This document shows positions 8,443 through 17,893 of a stretch of DNA of 64,000 nt, one piece after another. The stretch comes from Armatimonadota bacterium. Its GTDB lineage: Bacteria; Armatimonadota; Fimbriimonadia; Fimbriimonadales; GBS-DC. How positions within the stretch are numbered: the first letter of the stretch is position 1; every line of letters begins with the position of its first letter. Where the stretch lies: assembly GCA_037445735.1 (NCBI GenBank), contig JBBIJY010000013.1, forward strand, positions 1-64,000, written 5' to 3'. The position numbers and the translations under genes were made by a program. Under the pieces are notes generated by a model. The model saw nothing but the letters and a program-made list of their open reading frames with translations, was not told where the DNA came from and ran no database searches.

Positions 8443-8677
8443 CAGGGACTTTAGTCCCTGTTTACGGATTTCTGCTCTCAGCAGTTCCCGATTGGATGGG
8501 ACTGCTCTCACAGACCGTCGCGAGCCTGTGAGAGACTTTCTCCCATCGACATGGGGCGCATCAGGGCAAGACCCTGTCAACTTGCGCTGGCGCCGTGGCA
8601 ATCCCCCTTCTCCACGCGTTCTGTTAACCCCCAGTATAACTACTGGCATAGCGGCTCTGGTAGGGACTTTAGTCCTG
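8443..8677. repeat. Hairpin-rich segment bounded by two REP-like AGGGACTTTAGTCC palindromes
   Basis: CAGGGACTTTAGTCCCTG (8443-8460) and GTAGGGACTTTAGTCCTG (8660-8677), several stem-loops between. Confidence 0.55.
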
Positions 8678-8720
8678 ATTCGGGGTTTTCGAGGGGTTCG
8701 AAAGGGGTATACTTCGGTCG

Positions 8721-11276
8721 ATGAGGCGAATGGCGTGGTTCGCTGGCTGGGTGTGTCTGGTGATGGCGCTGAGTCTGGCGCAGCCAAATCGAAGTTCGAG
8801 CGTGCAGAGCCTTCAGCAGCGGTTCGACCGCGCGATTGCGCTGGCGCGACAGGGCAAGTATGAACCGGCTGCCCAGCTCTTGCGCCAGATTCTGAAGGAG
8901 CAACCGAACCTGGCGCCCGCCCATCTCAATCTGGGGCTGGTTTACCGCATGCAGGGTCAGCTCGATAAGGCGGCTCATCATCTGCGTCGCGCTGTGCAGT
9001 TAGACCCGCGCAATCCCACACCGCTGGTGGAGCTGACCCGACTGGCGCTCGACCGCAATCGTCTGGAGGAGGCGGACGGCTACCTGCGCATGCTGCGCGA
9101 CCGATTCGGAACCCATCCCGAGTTGCCTCTGCTCGCTGGCTCGCTCGCCGCCCTGCGCGAGGACTGGAAAACCGCCTACAGTGAGTTTTCAAAAGCCGTT
9201 AAGACGCGCCCGAACGACTTCCGAATCCATTACAATCTCGGCATCGCCGCGTATCAGCTTAAACGCTTCCCGGATGCCCGCCAGCACCTGCAGAAGACGG
9301 TGCAGCTCAAGCCCGACTACACCACCGCATGGAAAGCGCTGGGAATGACCTGCGAGGCGCTGAGTGAACCACGCGAGGCGATACGCGCCTACACCGAGGC
9401 GCTCAAGCGCGACCCCGATGACCTGCCTACCCGCCTCAAACGCGCCGAACTGTTTATTAAAGCGCAGGAGCCAGCCAGCGCGCTCGCCGATTATCAGCAC
9501 CTCGCGCAGCTCTATCCGAACAATATCGAAGCCCATCTGGGCGCGGGACTGATGCTGATGGAGCTGAAACGCTATCGCGAGGCGCTGCCCTATCTGGGAC
9601 GCGCTTTCCAGCTGCTCAAACCCGACGACCCACGCTACTGGGAGACGCTCACCGATATTGCCCTCTGCGAGCTGAACCTCAAAGAGTATGGCAAAGCGCG
9701 CGAGCACTTCGCCGAGGTGCTGAAATACAGCCCGCGCAACCGACGCGCCTACGAAGGGCAGTTCCAGATTCTGCAATTGCAGGAAGCCGAGCAGGAGATT
9801 CTGCCCTTTCTGCGCCACTGGGCGGAAAACCTGCCCGACGACCCCACCCCGCGCCTGCACATCGCGCGAATCTACGAACGCCACAACGAGAATGTCCTTG
9901 CCGAGCAGGAATACAGAAGCCTGCTCGAAAAGTTCCCCAACAACACCGAGCTGCGCCGCGAGTATGCCCGGTTTCTCAGCCGACTGGGACGGCTGGACGA
10001 TGCCGCGAAACAGTACGATTTGATTCTTCAGCAGACGCCCGACGAGCTGGGCGCACTGCTGGGCAAAGCGCGCTTGCTGGAGCGACGCCAGCAATATGCC
10101 GATGCGCTTCGGCTCTACCTCAAGGTGCTGGAGCAGCAGCCGCTGAACACGCCCGCCGCGCTGGGCGCCGCCGCCATGTACCGCCAGCTGGGACAGATCG
10201 ACGAGGCGGGCAAACTCTATCGCCAGCAGGCGCTCCAGCCCGAACCGAACGAGTTAGCCATCTCGAACGCCGTCGAGATGTACACGCAAGCCAGGCGCAT
10301 CGATGACGCCGTCGCCTTCCTGCGCGACTGCATCCAGAAACACGGCTACCGCTACCTGAACATGCTTGCCATCGTGCTGATCCAGAACAATCGCGCCGAG
10401 CAGGCGATCCAGGAGTATCAGCAGGCGATCCGCACGCTGGAACCCGCAGGGAATGGCAAAGAGCCGAAAGCCATGCTCGAAGCCCTCTATCAGGAGCTGG
10501 GGCTGATCTACCGCCAGCTGAACCGCCTGCCAGAGGCGCTTCAGGCGTTCCAGAAGGCGCACCAGCTCAACCCCAGCCGCACCTGGACACTCTACCAGAT
10601 GGCCGACCTCCAGCAGCAGATGGGGCATAAAGAGTCGGCATGGAACACCCTGCTCCAGGCGCTGGAAACGAACCCTGACGACATCAGCCTCTACCCGCTT
10701 ACCGAGCGACTTGCTGCCGAGCTGAAGCGTGAAACGGACTATATCGCTTTCATCGAGCGGCTGGCAGGGCGCGACACAAAAGGTCAGGAGGCGGCGAAAG
10801 CCTATGTGGAGTGGCTCCGCCGCTCCAACCGCGCTGAAGACGCGCTCCGCTGGCTGCAAAACCGTCTGCGTCAGCGACCCGACGATGTGCCCCTGCTGCA
10901 ACTGCAATTGAGCCTGCTGGAGGAACTCAAGCGCTACAAAGAGACCCTGCCAATTTATGCGCGACTGGCACAGCTGATGCCGAACGATTCGGTCATCCTG
11001 CGCAGCTGGGCTATCCGCGCCGACGAGTACGGCACCACGCTGGACGCTCTGCGTGCCTACGAAGCCCTCTTTCGCGCCTTCCCCGATGAGGTCGCCACCG
11101 GTCTCAAAATCGTCACGCTCTACGAGCAGTTAGGCAACCGTGAACGCGCCCTGCAGTTGCTGCGCCAGCTGAGCGAGAACTTCCCGAACAACGAGGATGT
11201 GAAGCGCCGCCTGAACGCGCTCACCAGCCAGAAACCGCCCGCCGACGGCAATCCCGAAAAGCCGAAAGAGCCGTGA
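8721..11276 (+). CDS. Exported multi-TPR protein
   Basis: Signal peptide followed by many TPR-like repeats (AHLNLGLVY..A...LRRAVQLDP). Confidence 0.9.
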   Translation: MRRMAWFAGWVCLVMALSLAQPNRSSSVQSLQQRFDRAIALARQGKYEPAAQLLRQILKEQPNLAPAHLNLGLVYRMQGQLDKAAHHLRRAVQLDPRNPTPLVELTRLALDRNRLEEADGYLRMLRDRFGTHPELPLLAGSLAALREDWKTAYSEFSKAVKTRPNDFRIHYNLGIAAYQLKRFPDARQHLQKTVQLKPDYTTAWKALGMTCEALSEPREAIRAYTEALKRDPDDLPTRLKRAELFIKAQEPASALADYQHLAQLYPNNIEAHLGAGLMLMELKRYREALPYLGRAFQLLKPDDPRYWETLTDIALCELNLKEYGKAREHFAEVLKYSPRNRRAYEGQFQILQLQEAEQEILPFLRHWAENLPDDPTPRLHIARIYERHNENVLAEQEYRSLLEKFPNNTELRREYARFLSRLGRLDDAAKQYDLILQQTPDELGALLGKARLLERRQQYADALRLYLKVLEQQPLNTPAALGAAAMYRQLGQIDEAGKLYRQQALQPEPNELAISNAVEMYTQARRIDDAVAFLRDCIQKHGYRYLNMLAIVLIQNNRAEQAIQEYQQAIRTLEPAGNGKEPKAMLEALYQELGLIYRQLNRLPEALQAFQKAHQLNPSRTWTLYQMADLQQQMGHKESAWNTLLQALETNPDDISLYPLTERLAAELKRETDYIAFIERLAGRDTKGQEAAKAYVEWLRRSNRAEDALRWLQNRLRQRPDDVPLLQLQLSLLEELKRYKETLPIYARLAQLMPNDSVILRSWAIRADEYGTTLDALRAYEALFRAFPDEVATGLKIVTLYEQLGNRERALQLLRQLSENFPNNEDVKRRLNALTSQKPPADGNPEKPKEP

Positions 11277-12175
11277 AGCGCGAATGGCTGGCTGTGTTCG
11301 CGATCCTGCTCACGCTGGGCAAGAGCGCGATTCGCGAAGTGGAGAAAACGGCTGCTCGTGAAATCCGCCAGCGCGTCGGTGGCGGCACGATTCAGGTCAA
11401 AATCGAACCCGACGGTGTGGACGGGCTGCTGCAGGGACGCCTGAAACGGCTCACGGTGAATGCCAGCCACTTCACGCTCGATGGGTTGCCCTTCACACTG
11501 GAAGAACATCGCCCCCAGACGGGTCGCATCGAGCGGTTCATCATGCGCCTGCACGATGTGTCGCTGCGTGGGCTGCGCGCACACACCGTCTACGCCGAAA
11601 TCCCCGATGTGCGTTACGACCGACGGCTGGCAATCCGCAAACGCATCTTTCGGCTATCGGGCACCGGCGTCGGACACGCCGAGATTGTGGTGCTGCAGGA
11701 CGACTTGGCTGCCTACCTTCGGCGCAAGTACGCGCCTTACATTCGGGAGGTGCGCGTCGAAATCACGCCTGCTGAAACGCGCGTGAGTGGTGTTGCGCTC
11801 TTTCTGGGTAATGAGGTGCGCTTCCGGGCGGTGGGTCAGCTTACCCCGCGCGAGGGACGCTTTCTGGACCTTGCGGAAGCCCGAATCGAAATTGAAGGCA
11901 CGGAGCTGGCGCCCGCCGCCGTGCAGAGCCTGCGCCAGTGGCTGAACCCGCTCATCGACGCTGAACGCGATCTGGGCATCCCTGACGGACTCTATGTGGA
12001 GCAGGTCATCAGCGAGCAGGGTCAGATGCGGGCACAGGGCAAAGCCAGCATCCCGCGCCCCATCACCATCCCCCGCGAACGGATAATCCCCCATCGGATC
12101 GCACCAGACAGCAGGGATCAGACGGACGCCCTGCAAATCATTCAGCCAGCACAGGGGCAGCGATGCCCGTTCTGA
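11273..12175 (+). CDS. DUF2993/LmeA-like putative lipid-binding protein
   Basis: N-terminal hydrophobic stretch, GLLQGRLKRLTVNA and DDLAAYL patterns; GTGA overlap with the TPR gene. Confidence 0.6.
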   Translation: MKREWLAVFAILLTLGKSAIREVEKTAAREIRQRVGGGTIQVKIEPDGVDGLLQGRLKRLTVNASHFTLDGLPFTLEEHRPQTGRIERFIMRLHDVSLRGLRAHTVYAEIPDVRYDRRLAIRKRIFRLSGTGVGHAEIVVLQDDLAAYLRRKYAPYIREVRVEITPAETRVSGVALFLGNEVRFRAVGQLTPREGRFLDLAEARIEIEGTELAPAAVQSLRQWLNPLIDAERDLGIPDGLYVEQVISEQGQMRAQGKASIPRPITIPRERIIPHRIAPDSRDQTDALQIIQPAQGQRCPF

Positions 12176-12225
12176 ACCAGACGGCGCCTCGCCACCAGCC
12201 CGCCAAACCAGGCTGCCCGATTGCC

Positions 12226-14058
12226 TTACTCCACCGTCACGCTCTTGGCGAGGTTGCGCGGCTGATCGATCTCGCAGCCGCGCAGTCGCGCCACATGGTA
12301 GGCAAAGAGCTGCAGCACGGGGATGGAGACCAGCGGCGAGAGTTCCTCCAGCGGCGGACGCGGCACTGTGATCGTGTAATCGGCTTCCTGCGGCAACAGC
12401 GCTTCGTCCTCATAGGTAACAAGCAGAATTGTGCCGCGCCGCGCCTTGATCTCTTTCATGTTGCCCAGAATCTTCTCGCGGGTGCGCTCCTGCGTGGCGA
12501 TGAACACGGCGACCACGCCTGGCTCCACCAGCGCGAGCGGTCCATGCTTCATCTCGCCTGCGGGGCACTCCTGCGTGGGCACATAGGCGATCTCTTTGAT
12601 TTTGAGTGCGCCCTCCATCGCGACCGCCGCGTCGATCCCGCGCCCCAGATAGAACGCCAGCGGCATCGAATGGAGCTGCTCGGCAATCTGGCGAACCTGC
12701 GGCTCGGTTTCGAGGCTGCGCGCGATCAGCGAGGGCATCTGCATCAGCCCTTTCACGCCCTCCGTGTAGGTCTGCATCGGCAGTGTGCCGTTGATGGCGG
12801 ACAGGTACAGCCCCAGCAGGTAGAGCAGGGCGACCTGCGTGCTGTAGGCTTTGGTGGACGCCACGCAGATTTCGGGACCCGCCTGCGTGTACAGCACATG
12901 GTCGCACTCGCGAGCGATGCTGCTGCCCACCACATTCACGATGCCGAGCGTGGTGTAGCCCGCCTCGCGGCACAGGCGCAGCGCGGCGAGCGTGTCGGCG
13001 GTCTCGCCCGATTGACTGATGAAAATCGCCAGCGTGTTGGGCTGAAGGATGGGATCGCCGTAGCGGAACTCCGAAGAGTAGTAGACCTCCACAGGTCGGC
13101 GCAGCCACCGCTCCAGCACATATTTGCCGATCAACCCCGCGTGATACGCCGTGCCACACGCCACAATCAGCATCCGCCGAAACTTCTGCCAGTCTTCGAC
13201 TTCGAGTTTGAGTTCAGGGAACTGGATGCCGCCGTTGGGCTTGAGCCGTCCGCGCAGGGTGTCGCGCACCGCTTCGGGCTGCTCCAGAATCTCCTTGATC
13301 ATAAAATGCGCGTGCCCGCCCTTCTCGGCAGCCTCGGCTGACCATTCGATCTGCACGGGCGGGCGCTCCACTGGCGAGCCGTCCAGTCGGAACAGGCGCA
13401 CCGAGTCGCGCGTGACCACGCCCAGATCGCCGTTCTCCAGCAGGATTACGCGCCGCGTGTAGGGTAGCAGCGCGGGGATGTCGGAGGCGATAAAGTTCTC
13501 GCCCTCACCCAGCCCGATCACAAGGGGCGAGTCGTTGCGGGCAACCACCACGCGGTCGGGATGGTCGGCAAACAGCACGGCAATCGCGTAGGAGCCGCGC
13601 ACGGGTTGCAACGCGCGTCGAACGGCTTCTTCGGGCGATTCGCACAGGGGCAGCTGCTCCTCGATCAGGTGCGCCAGCACTTCGGTGTCGGTCTCGGAGC
13701 TGAATCGGTGTCCGCGCGCGCTCAGCTCCTGGCGCAGCTCCAGATAGTTTTCGATGATGCCGTTATGCACGACAGCGACGCGCCCCTGCTCGTCGGTGTG
13801 GGGATGGGCGTTCGGGTCGTTCGGGATGCCGTGCGTCGCCCAGCGCGTGTGGGAGACCGCCAGCCCGTGCGCTTCAACGCCGTTCAGCAGCTCGCTCAGC
13901 TGCTGGATTTTGCCCGCGCGTTTCATCACCTGCAGGCAGTCGCCGCTCCAGAAGGCGACGCCCGCCGAATCGTAGCCCCGATATTCGAGGCGTCTCAGCG
14001 TGTCCAGCGCGACCTCTAACGGCGGTCGCGAGCCAATATAACCCGTGATACCGCACAT
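12226..14058 (-). CDS. glmS: Glutamine-fructose-6-phosphate aminotransferase
   Basis: MCGITGY, LEYRGYDSAG, HTRWATHG, SQSGETADT, PRNLAKSVTVE. Confidence 0.98.
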   Translation of the reverse strand: MCGITGYIGSRPPLEVALDTLRRLEYRGYDSAGVAFWSGDCLQVMKRAGKIQQLSELLNGVEAHGLAVSHTRWATHGIPNDPNAHPHTDEQGRVAVVHNGIIENYLELRQELSARGHRFSSETDTEVLAHLIEEQLPLCESPEEAVRRALQPVRGSYAIAVLFADHPDRVVVARNDSPLVIGLGEGENFIASDIPALLPYTRRVILLENGDLGVVTRDSVRLFRLDGSPVERPPVQIEWSAEAAEKGGHAHFMIKEILEQPEAVRDTLRGRLKPNGGIQFPELKLEVEDWQKFRRMLIVACGTAYHAGLIGKYVLERWLRRPVEVYYSSEFRYGDPILQPNTLAIFISQSGETADTLAALRLCREAGYTTLGIVNVVGSSIARECDHVLYTQAGPEICVASTKAYSTQVALLYLLGLYLSAINGTLPMQTYTEGVKGLMQMPSLIARSLETEPQVRQIAEQLHSMPLAFYLGRGIDAAVAMEGALKIKEIAYVPTQECPAGEMKHGPLALVEPGVVAVFIATQERTREKILGNMKEIKARRGTILLVTYEDEALLPQEADYTITVPRPPLEELSPLVSIPVLQLFAYHVARLRGCEIDQPRNLAKSVTVE

Positions 14059-14088
14059 GGTCTATTCCTCGTTCAGCCCCTTCTCGGT

Positions 14089-14111
14089 CCTGGGCAGGAT
14101 GCCCAGGCTGC
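14089..14111 (-). repeat. REP-like palindrome between rplI and glmS
   Basis: Minus strand GCAG-CCTGGGCATCCTGCCCAGG; flanked by the 10-bp direct repeat CTATTCCTCG at 14062-14071 and 14119-14128. Confidence 0.6.
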
Positions 14112-14118
14112 GAATCTC

Positions 14119-14583
14119 CTATTCCTCGCCTGGCTCTTCGCTCTGAACTTCGACGGTGAGCGTTGCCTCCACGCCTGGCTCCCAGCGGATGTCGACGGTG
14201 TGCGTGCCTGTGGTGCGGATAGGATCGAGCAGTTCGATACGGCGTTTATCGACCTTGATGCCGAACTGTTGCTGGATAGCTTGCGCGATATCGGCGGCGG
14301 TGATGGCGCCAAACAGGCGGGTGGAGTTGGGCGCGGTCTTGCCCCGCAGCGTGATGGTTTGCCCGTTCAGTTGCTGGGCAGCCTGAATGGCTTGCTGGCG
14401 CAGGCGCTCGGCGCGTGCCTGCTGGAGCTTCTGCTGCTCCTGCCAGGTGCGCAGGTTGCCCTCGGTGGCGGGCACTGCCAGCCCGCGCGGGATCAGATAG
14501 TTGCGGGCGTAGCCACCCGCTACATTCTTCAGTTCGCCCTCTTTGCCCAGATTCGGCACATCCCGTGTCAGAATCACACGCAT
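14119..14583 (-). CDS. rplI: 50S ribosomal protein L9
   Basis: MRVIL..DV.NLG..G....V..GYARNYLIPRGLA, LFGAIT..DI. Confidence 0.97.
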   Translation of the reverse strand: MRVILTRDVPNLGKEGELKNVAGGYARNYLIPRGLAVPATEGNLRTWQEQQKLQQARAERLRQQAIQAAQQLNGQTITLRGKTAPNSTRLFGAITAADIAQAIQQQFGIKVDKRRIELLDPIRTTGTHTVDIRWEPGVEATLTVEVQSEEPGEE

Positions 14584-14601
14584 CGGTTGACCCTCCTGTG
14601 T

Positions 14602-16029
14602 TTATCGTTCGATGCGGACGCCGAACGCTGGCTGGTTGCGGCGGAAGGGGCTTTCGATGCCGCCCCACAGCAGAACATGTTCGGACACACGCCAGTTCAG
14701 GCGCAGGTTGCCCTGCCAGTCGTTCGGGTCGAACAGCTCCAGCGTCAGCAGTCCGCGTCCGCTGAACCTATAGTCTACCCCAACGCCAGGCTTGGCGGCA
14801 TACAGACCATAGCGCAGATGGAGCTGAGGTGAGAGGGGCGTGCCGTACTGGGCAATCAGCTTGTTGCCTTCGGTAAGGTCGTATAGCCCCAGCGACACCG
14901 TGCGCCGATCGCGCGTGAAGAAGGTCACCAGCACATCGGTGCGGTAGCGCTCGGTCTGTGCATTGAAGCCGAGATCGAGGCGATAGGTGGCGTCTTCGAA
15001 GCCGAGCGTGCGCAGGCTGACGGCGTTCTCCAGCGCATTATTCACCCGCTCGAAGGTGCTTTTCGCCTGCTGGATGACCGCTTTCGATTCAGTGACGGTC
15101 TCGTTGAGGTTGCGGGTGAGTTCGGTGGCGTTCTCCAGCACGGTTTCGGTCTTATCGGCGAGGGTGCTGGCGCGTTCGCTGAGCGTGCGCAGGTTATGGG
15201 CAGTCTGACGCACATCATTCTGCAGTTGCGGGTCGCTGACGAGCGCATTTACCTGCTGGAGCGCCGATTCAGCGCGTTCGGCGGCGGCGCGCGCGCTGGC
15301 AAGTGTCGCCTGAAGGTCGTCGCGCAGCTGCGGGTCGCTCAGCAGGCGGTTCGCGGTCTGCAGGGCGAGCCGCAGTTCGCGCGTCGCCGACGCCGCCTGA
15401 CCGAGCAGATGGCGGATGGTGGCGCGGTTCTCGGCAATAAGGCGGTCGGCTTGCGTGAGCAGGCGTGTGGTCTGCTCCGTTGCCCGCTCAACAGCGTCCA
15501 GCGTCTGAAGCAGGCTCTGGCGCAGCTGCTGGTCCTCAAGCAGGTGGCGCGCGGCAGCAAGCGTGCGGCGCAGCTCAACCAGGGTGCGTTCCGCCTGGGG
15601 CGTGAGCCGATTGAGTGCGGCGTTGAAATCGAGCGGGTTCTCGCCCACGAGGCGCTCGTTGGGGCGCAGGTAATCGGACACAGCGGTGGGCGGGATAATC
15701 TCCACGCGCGTTTCGGTGGGCAACAGCGTGCCACCAACAAGCCGAAAGGTGGAGCCACGCGGGATTCGGACCTCTTCGCGGATCGCCAGCGTCAGCTCGG
15801 CGACGGGCGGCGCGCCCACCAGCGCGATATCGCGCACGAAGCCGACTGGCACGCCCGCCATCAGCACCGACGCCCCCACCGACACATTGCGCGCATCGCT
15901 GAACTGCACATAGAGCCGATAGTGCCCCCGCTCCGAGAAACGCGCCTGCAAAAAGCGCAGCCCCGTTATCAGCATCGCGATGCCCAGCACCAGTATCGCG
16001 CCCACACGCGCCAGATCCGCCCGCATCAC
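14602..16029 (-). CDS. MlaD/MCE-family protein with long coiled coil and beta-rich C-terminus
   Basis: TM anchor, F.DA....GA.V..AGV.VG.V..I MCE motif, heptad region. Confidence 0.88.
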   Translation of the reverse strand: MMRADLARVGAILVLGIAMLITGLRFLQARFSERGHYRLYVQFSDARNVSVGASVLMAGVPVGFVRDIALVGAPPVAELTLAIREEVRIPRGSTFRLVGGTLLPTETRVEIIPPTAVSDYLRPNERLVGENPLDFNAALNRLTPQAERTLVELRRTLAAARHLLEDQQLRQSLLQTLDAVERATEQTTRLLTQADRLIAENRATIRHLLGQAASATRELRLALQTANRLLSDPQLRDDLQATLASARAAAERAESALQQVNALVSDPQLQNDVRQTAHNLRTLSERASTLADKTETVLENATELTRNLNETVTESKAVIQQAKSTFERVNNALENAVSLRTLGFEDATYRLDLGFNAQTERYRTDVLVTFFTRDRRTVSLGLYDLTEGNKLIAQYGTPLSPQLHLRYGLYAAKPGVGVDYRFSGRGLLTLELFDPNDWQGNLRLNWRVSEHVLLWGGIESPFRRNQPAFGVRIER

Positions 16030-16041
16030 CGTCTTTAATTC

Positions 16042-16071
16042 GTTTCAATCCCTCACAGGTAGGCTACAAAT
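16042..16071 (-). CRISPR. Solitary CRISPR-type repeat (no spacer or second repeat, no cas genes in window)
   Basis: Minus strand ATTTGTAGCCTACCTGTGAGGGATTGAAAC, 30 nt ending in ATTGAAAC; recognised as the GTTTnTAGCCTACCTATGAGGGATTGAAAC-like type I-B/III repeat family. Confidence 0.75.
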
Positions 16072-16078
16072 CAGCCCC

Positions 16079-16108
16079 ACTATACCCCATCAATGACAGT
16101 AAAGTCAA
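16079..16108 (-). promoter_or_regulatory. Sigma70 promoter firing into the solitary repeat and mce gene
   Basis: TTGACT (16108-16103) - 18 nt - TATAGT (16084-16079), 7 nt upstream of the repeat; A-tracts further upstream. Confidence 0.7.
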
Positions 16109-16276
16109 GCGTTATAACCGCAAACAGGCGCTTTTTGCCTGCTTTTTGAGAGACCTGCAGGATGGCGCCGCCGCTCTGCAAGCAGGTGTGCTGGTAGAGA
16201 TTCGCGAATACATGGGCGCCGTTACATAGCCAGGCAGGAGACTCGCCTCGCAGGGCGAATCGCGCCTGTTAGAGGC

Positions 16277-17128
16277 GTGGCAATGATAACGGCGAGCAAG
16301 CAGTACGGGCTGCGACCAGAGGAGGTCGCCTTCTATCACGAGAATGGCTACCTGCACCTGCCGGGCGTGCTGGCGCCTGAAGAGGCGGCGTATTTGCGCG
16401 AGGAGGCGCACGCGCTGATTCGGCGACTGATGACAGCCTGGGACGACGAGCAGGCGGTTCAGGCACGATGGGGCAGCGCCCAGCTCATCACCGAGATGCC
16501 TACCAGCCTGCTGCACTGCCATAATGTGCAGTTCCACAGCGCGGCGTTCACCCGCCTGATTTGCGACCCGCGCCTGACCGACCGAATCGCGGATCTGATC
16601 GGACCCAATATCCAGCTGCATCACACCAAGCTCTTTATCAAGCCGCCAGAGCGTGGTGCGCCCTTCCCGCTCCATCAGGACTACCCCTACTTCCCCCACG
16701 AGAAACACACCATGCTGGCGGCGGTGTTCTTCTTCGATGACGCGCCGCCTGAAAAGGGCTGCCTGTGTGTGGTGCCCGGCAGCCACCGGCTGGGACCGCT
16801 GCCGCATGACCCCGAAGGCGGCTGGCACCTGCCGATTGAGCAGTACCCGCTGGAGATGGCAATCCCCATCCCCACGCAAGCAGGCGATGTGGTGGTGTTC
16901 AACTACCTCACCATTCACGGCTCCGGGGTCAACCGCACGCAGGAGGCGCGCACCACCTTGCTGGTGCAGATGCGCGACCCGACTGACCACCCAACGAAGG
17001 CGGTTCACCTGTCGCGCGGGCAGGGCATGATGCTGCGCGGCATCGACCCGCAAGCCGACGCGGGTCCGCACACCGATTCAACATCACGCTACCTGAAGCA
17101 ACTAACGGAGTCCAGACAGGGAGGCTGA
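16277..17128 (+). CDS. Phytanoyl-CoA dioxygenase (PhyH) family 2OG-Fe(II) oxygenase
   Basis: FYHENGYL, KPP..G..FPLHQD, GCL.VVPGSH, HGSG.N....R. Confidence 0.9.
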   Translation: MAMITASKQYGLRPEEVAFYHENGYLHLPGVLAPEEAAYLREEAHALIRRLMTAWDDEQAVQARWGSAQLITEMPTSLLHCHNVQFHSAAFTRLICDPRLTDRIADLIGPNIQLHHTKLFIKPPERGAPFPLHQDYPYFPHEKHTMLAAVFFFDDAPPEKGCLCVVPGSHRLGPLPHDPEGGWHLPIEQYPLEMAIPIPTQAGDVVVFNYLTIHGSGVNRTQEARTTLLVQMRDPTDHPTKAVHLSRGQGMMLRGIDPQADAGPHTDSTSRYLKQLTESRQGG

Positions 17129-17129
17129 T

Positions 17130-17876
17130 ATGAGACAGAGCAAGCGCAATCCGTATGGTAAATTTCGGATGGGCGTTCAGAGTTATTCGCTGCGCCATTT
17201 TGGCTTCGAGCGCGCGCTGGAGCTGATTCGCGAACTGGGGCTGAACCTGTGCGAGGCGTTCCCGAACCATCTGCCCTACTTTATGCCGCGCGAGCAGTGG
17301 GCGACGATGCAGGCGACGGTCAAACGCTCAGGCGTGCAGGTGGTCGCCTATGGCGTGGTGGGCTTCGGTGCGGACGAGAAATCCGCCCGCACCCTCTTTG
17401 AGTTCGCGAAGGCGATGGGCATCGAGGTGCTGACCGCCGACCCCGAACCTGCCAGCTTCAGCTACCTTGCCCGACTGTGCGACGAGTTCAAAATCCCCAT
17501 CGCCATCCACAACCACGGACCCGGCTCCCGCTACGATAAGATCAAAGATGTGGAGCAGGCGATGGCGGGTCAACCCGACTGGATTGGTGCCTGCATCGAC
17601 ACGGGGCACTATCTGCGTTCGGGCGAGGACCCGGTGGAAGCCGTGCGACGCTTCGGCAAGCGCGTGCATGGCGTCCATCTGAAGGATGTTAAGGGGCGCA
17701 CGACCTTCACGGTGCTGGGCAAGGGCGATCTGGATACGGTCGGCTTTCTGCGGGCGTTGCAGGCGGCAGGCTTCAGAGGCTGTCTGGCGCTGGAGTACGA
17801 AGAGAACCCTGAAGACCCGATTGCCGACATGCGCGAGTGCCTGCAGGTGGTGCAGCAGGCGGTGCGCCGCATGTAG
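17130..17876 (+). CDS. Sugar phosphate isomerase/epimerase (xylose-isomerase-like TIM barrel)
   Basis: GVQSYSLR, IHNHG, CIDTGH, VHLKD, LEYE motifs. Confidence 0.88.
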   Translation: MRQSKRNPYGKFRMGVQSYSLRHFGFERALELIRELGLNLCEAFPNHLPYFMPREQWATMQATVKRSGVQVVAYGVVGFGADEKSARTLFEFAKAMGIEVLTADPEPASFSYLARLCDEFKIPIAIHNHGPGSRYDKIKDVEQAMAGQPDWIGACIDTGHYLRSGEDPVEAVRRFGKRVHGVHLKDVKGRTTFTVLGKGDLDTVGFLRALQAAGFRGCLALEYEENPEDPIADMRECLQVVQQAVRRM

Positions 17877-17893
17877 GGGCACGGCGATGCGCC

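Noticed and set aside
8221-8863. Short ORFs (64, 65, 123, 167 aa) in this intergenic region
   Set aside because: No SD or recognisable motifs, and they cross hairpins, a terminator and promoters.
14059-14118. glmS ribozyme upstream of glmS
   Set aside because: Only 60 bp are available and there is no ribozyme core; the region holds a single REP-like hairpin.
15960-16200. Full CRISPR array around the repeat at 16042
   Set aside because: I found no second repeat 30-45 nt away on either side; downstream is mce coding sequence and upstream is promoter.
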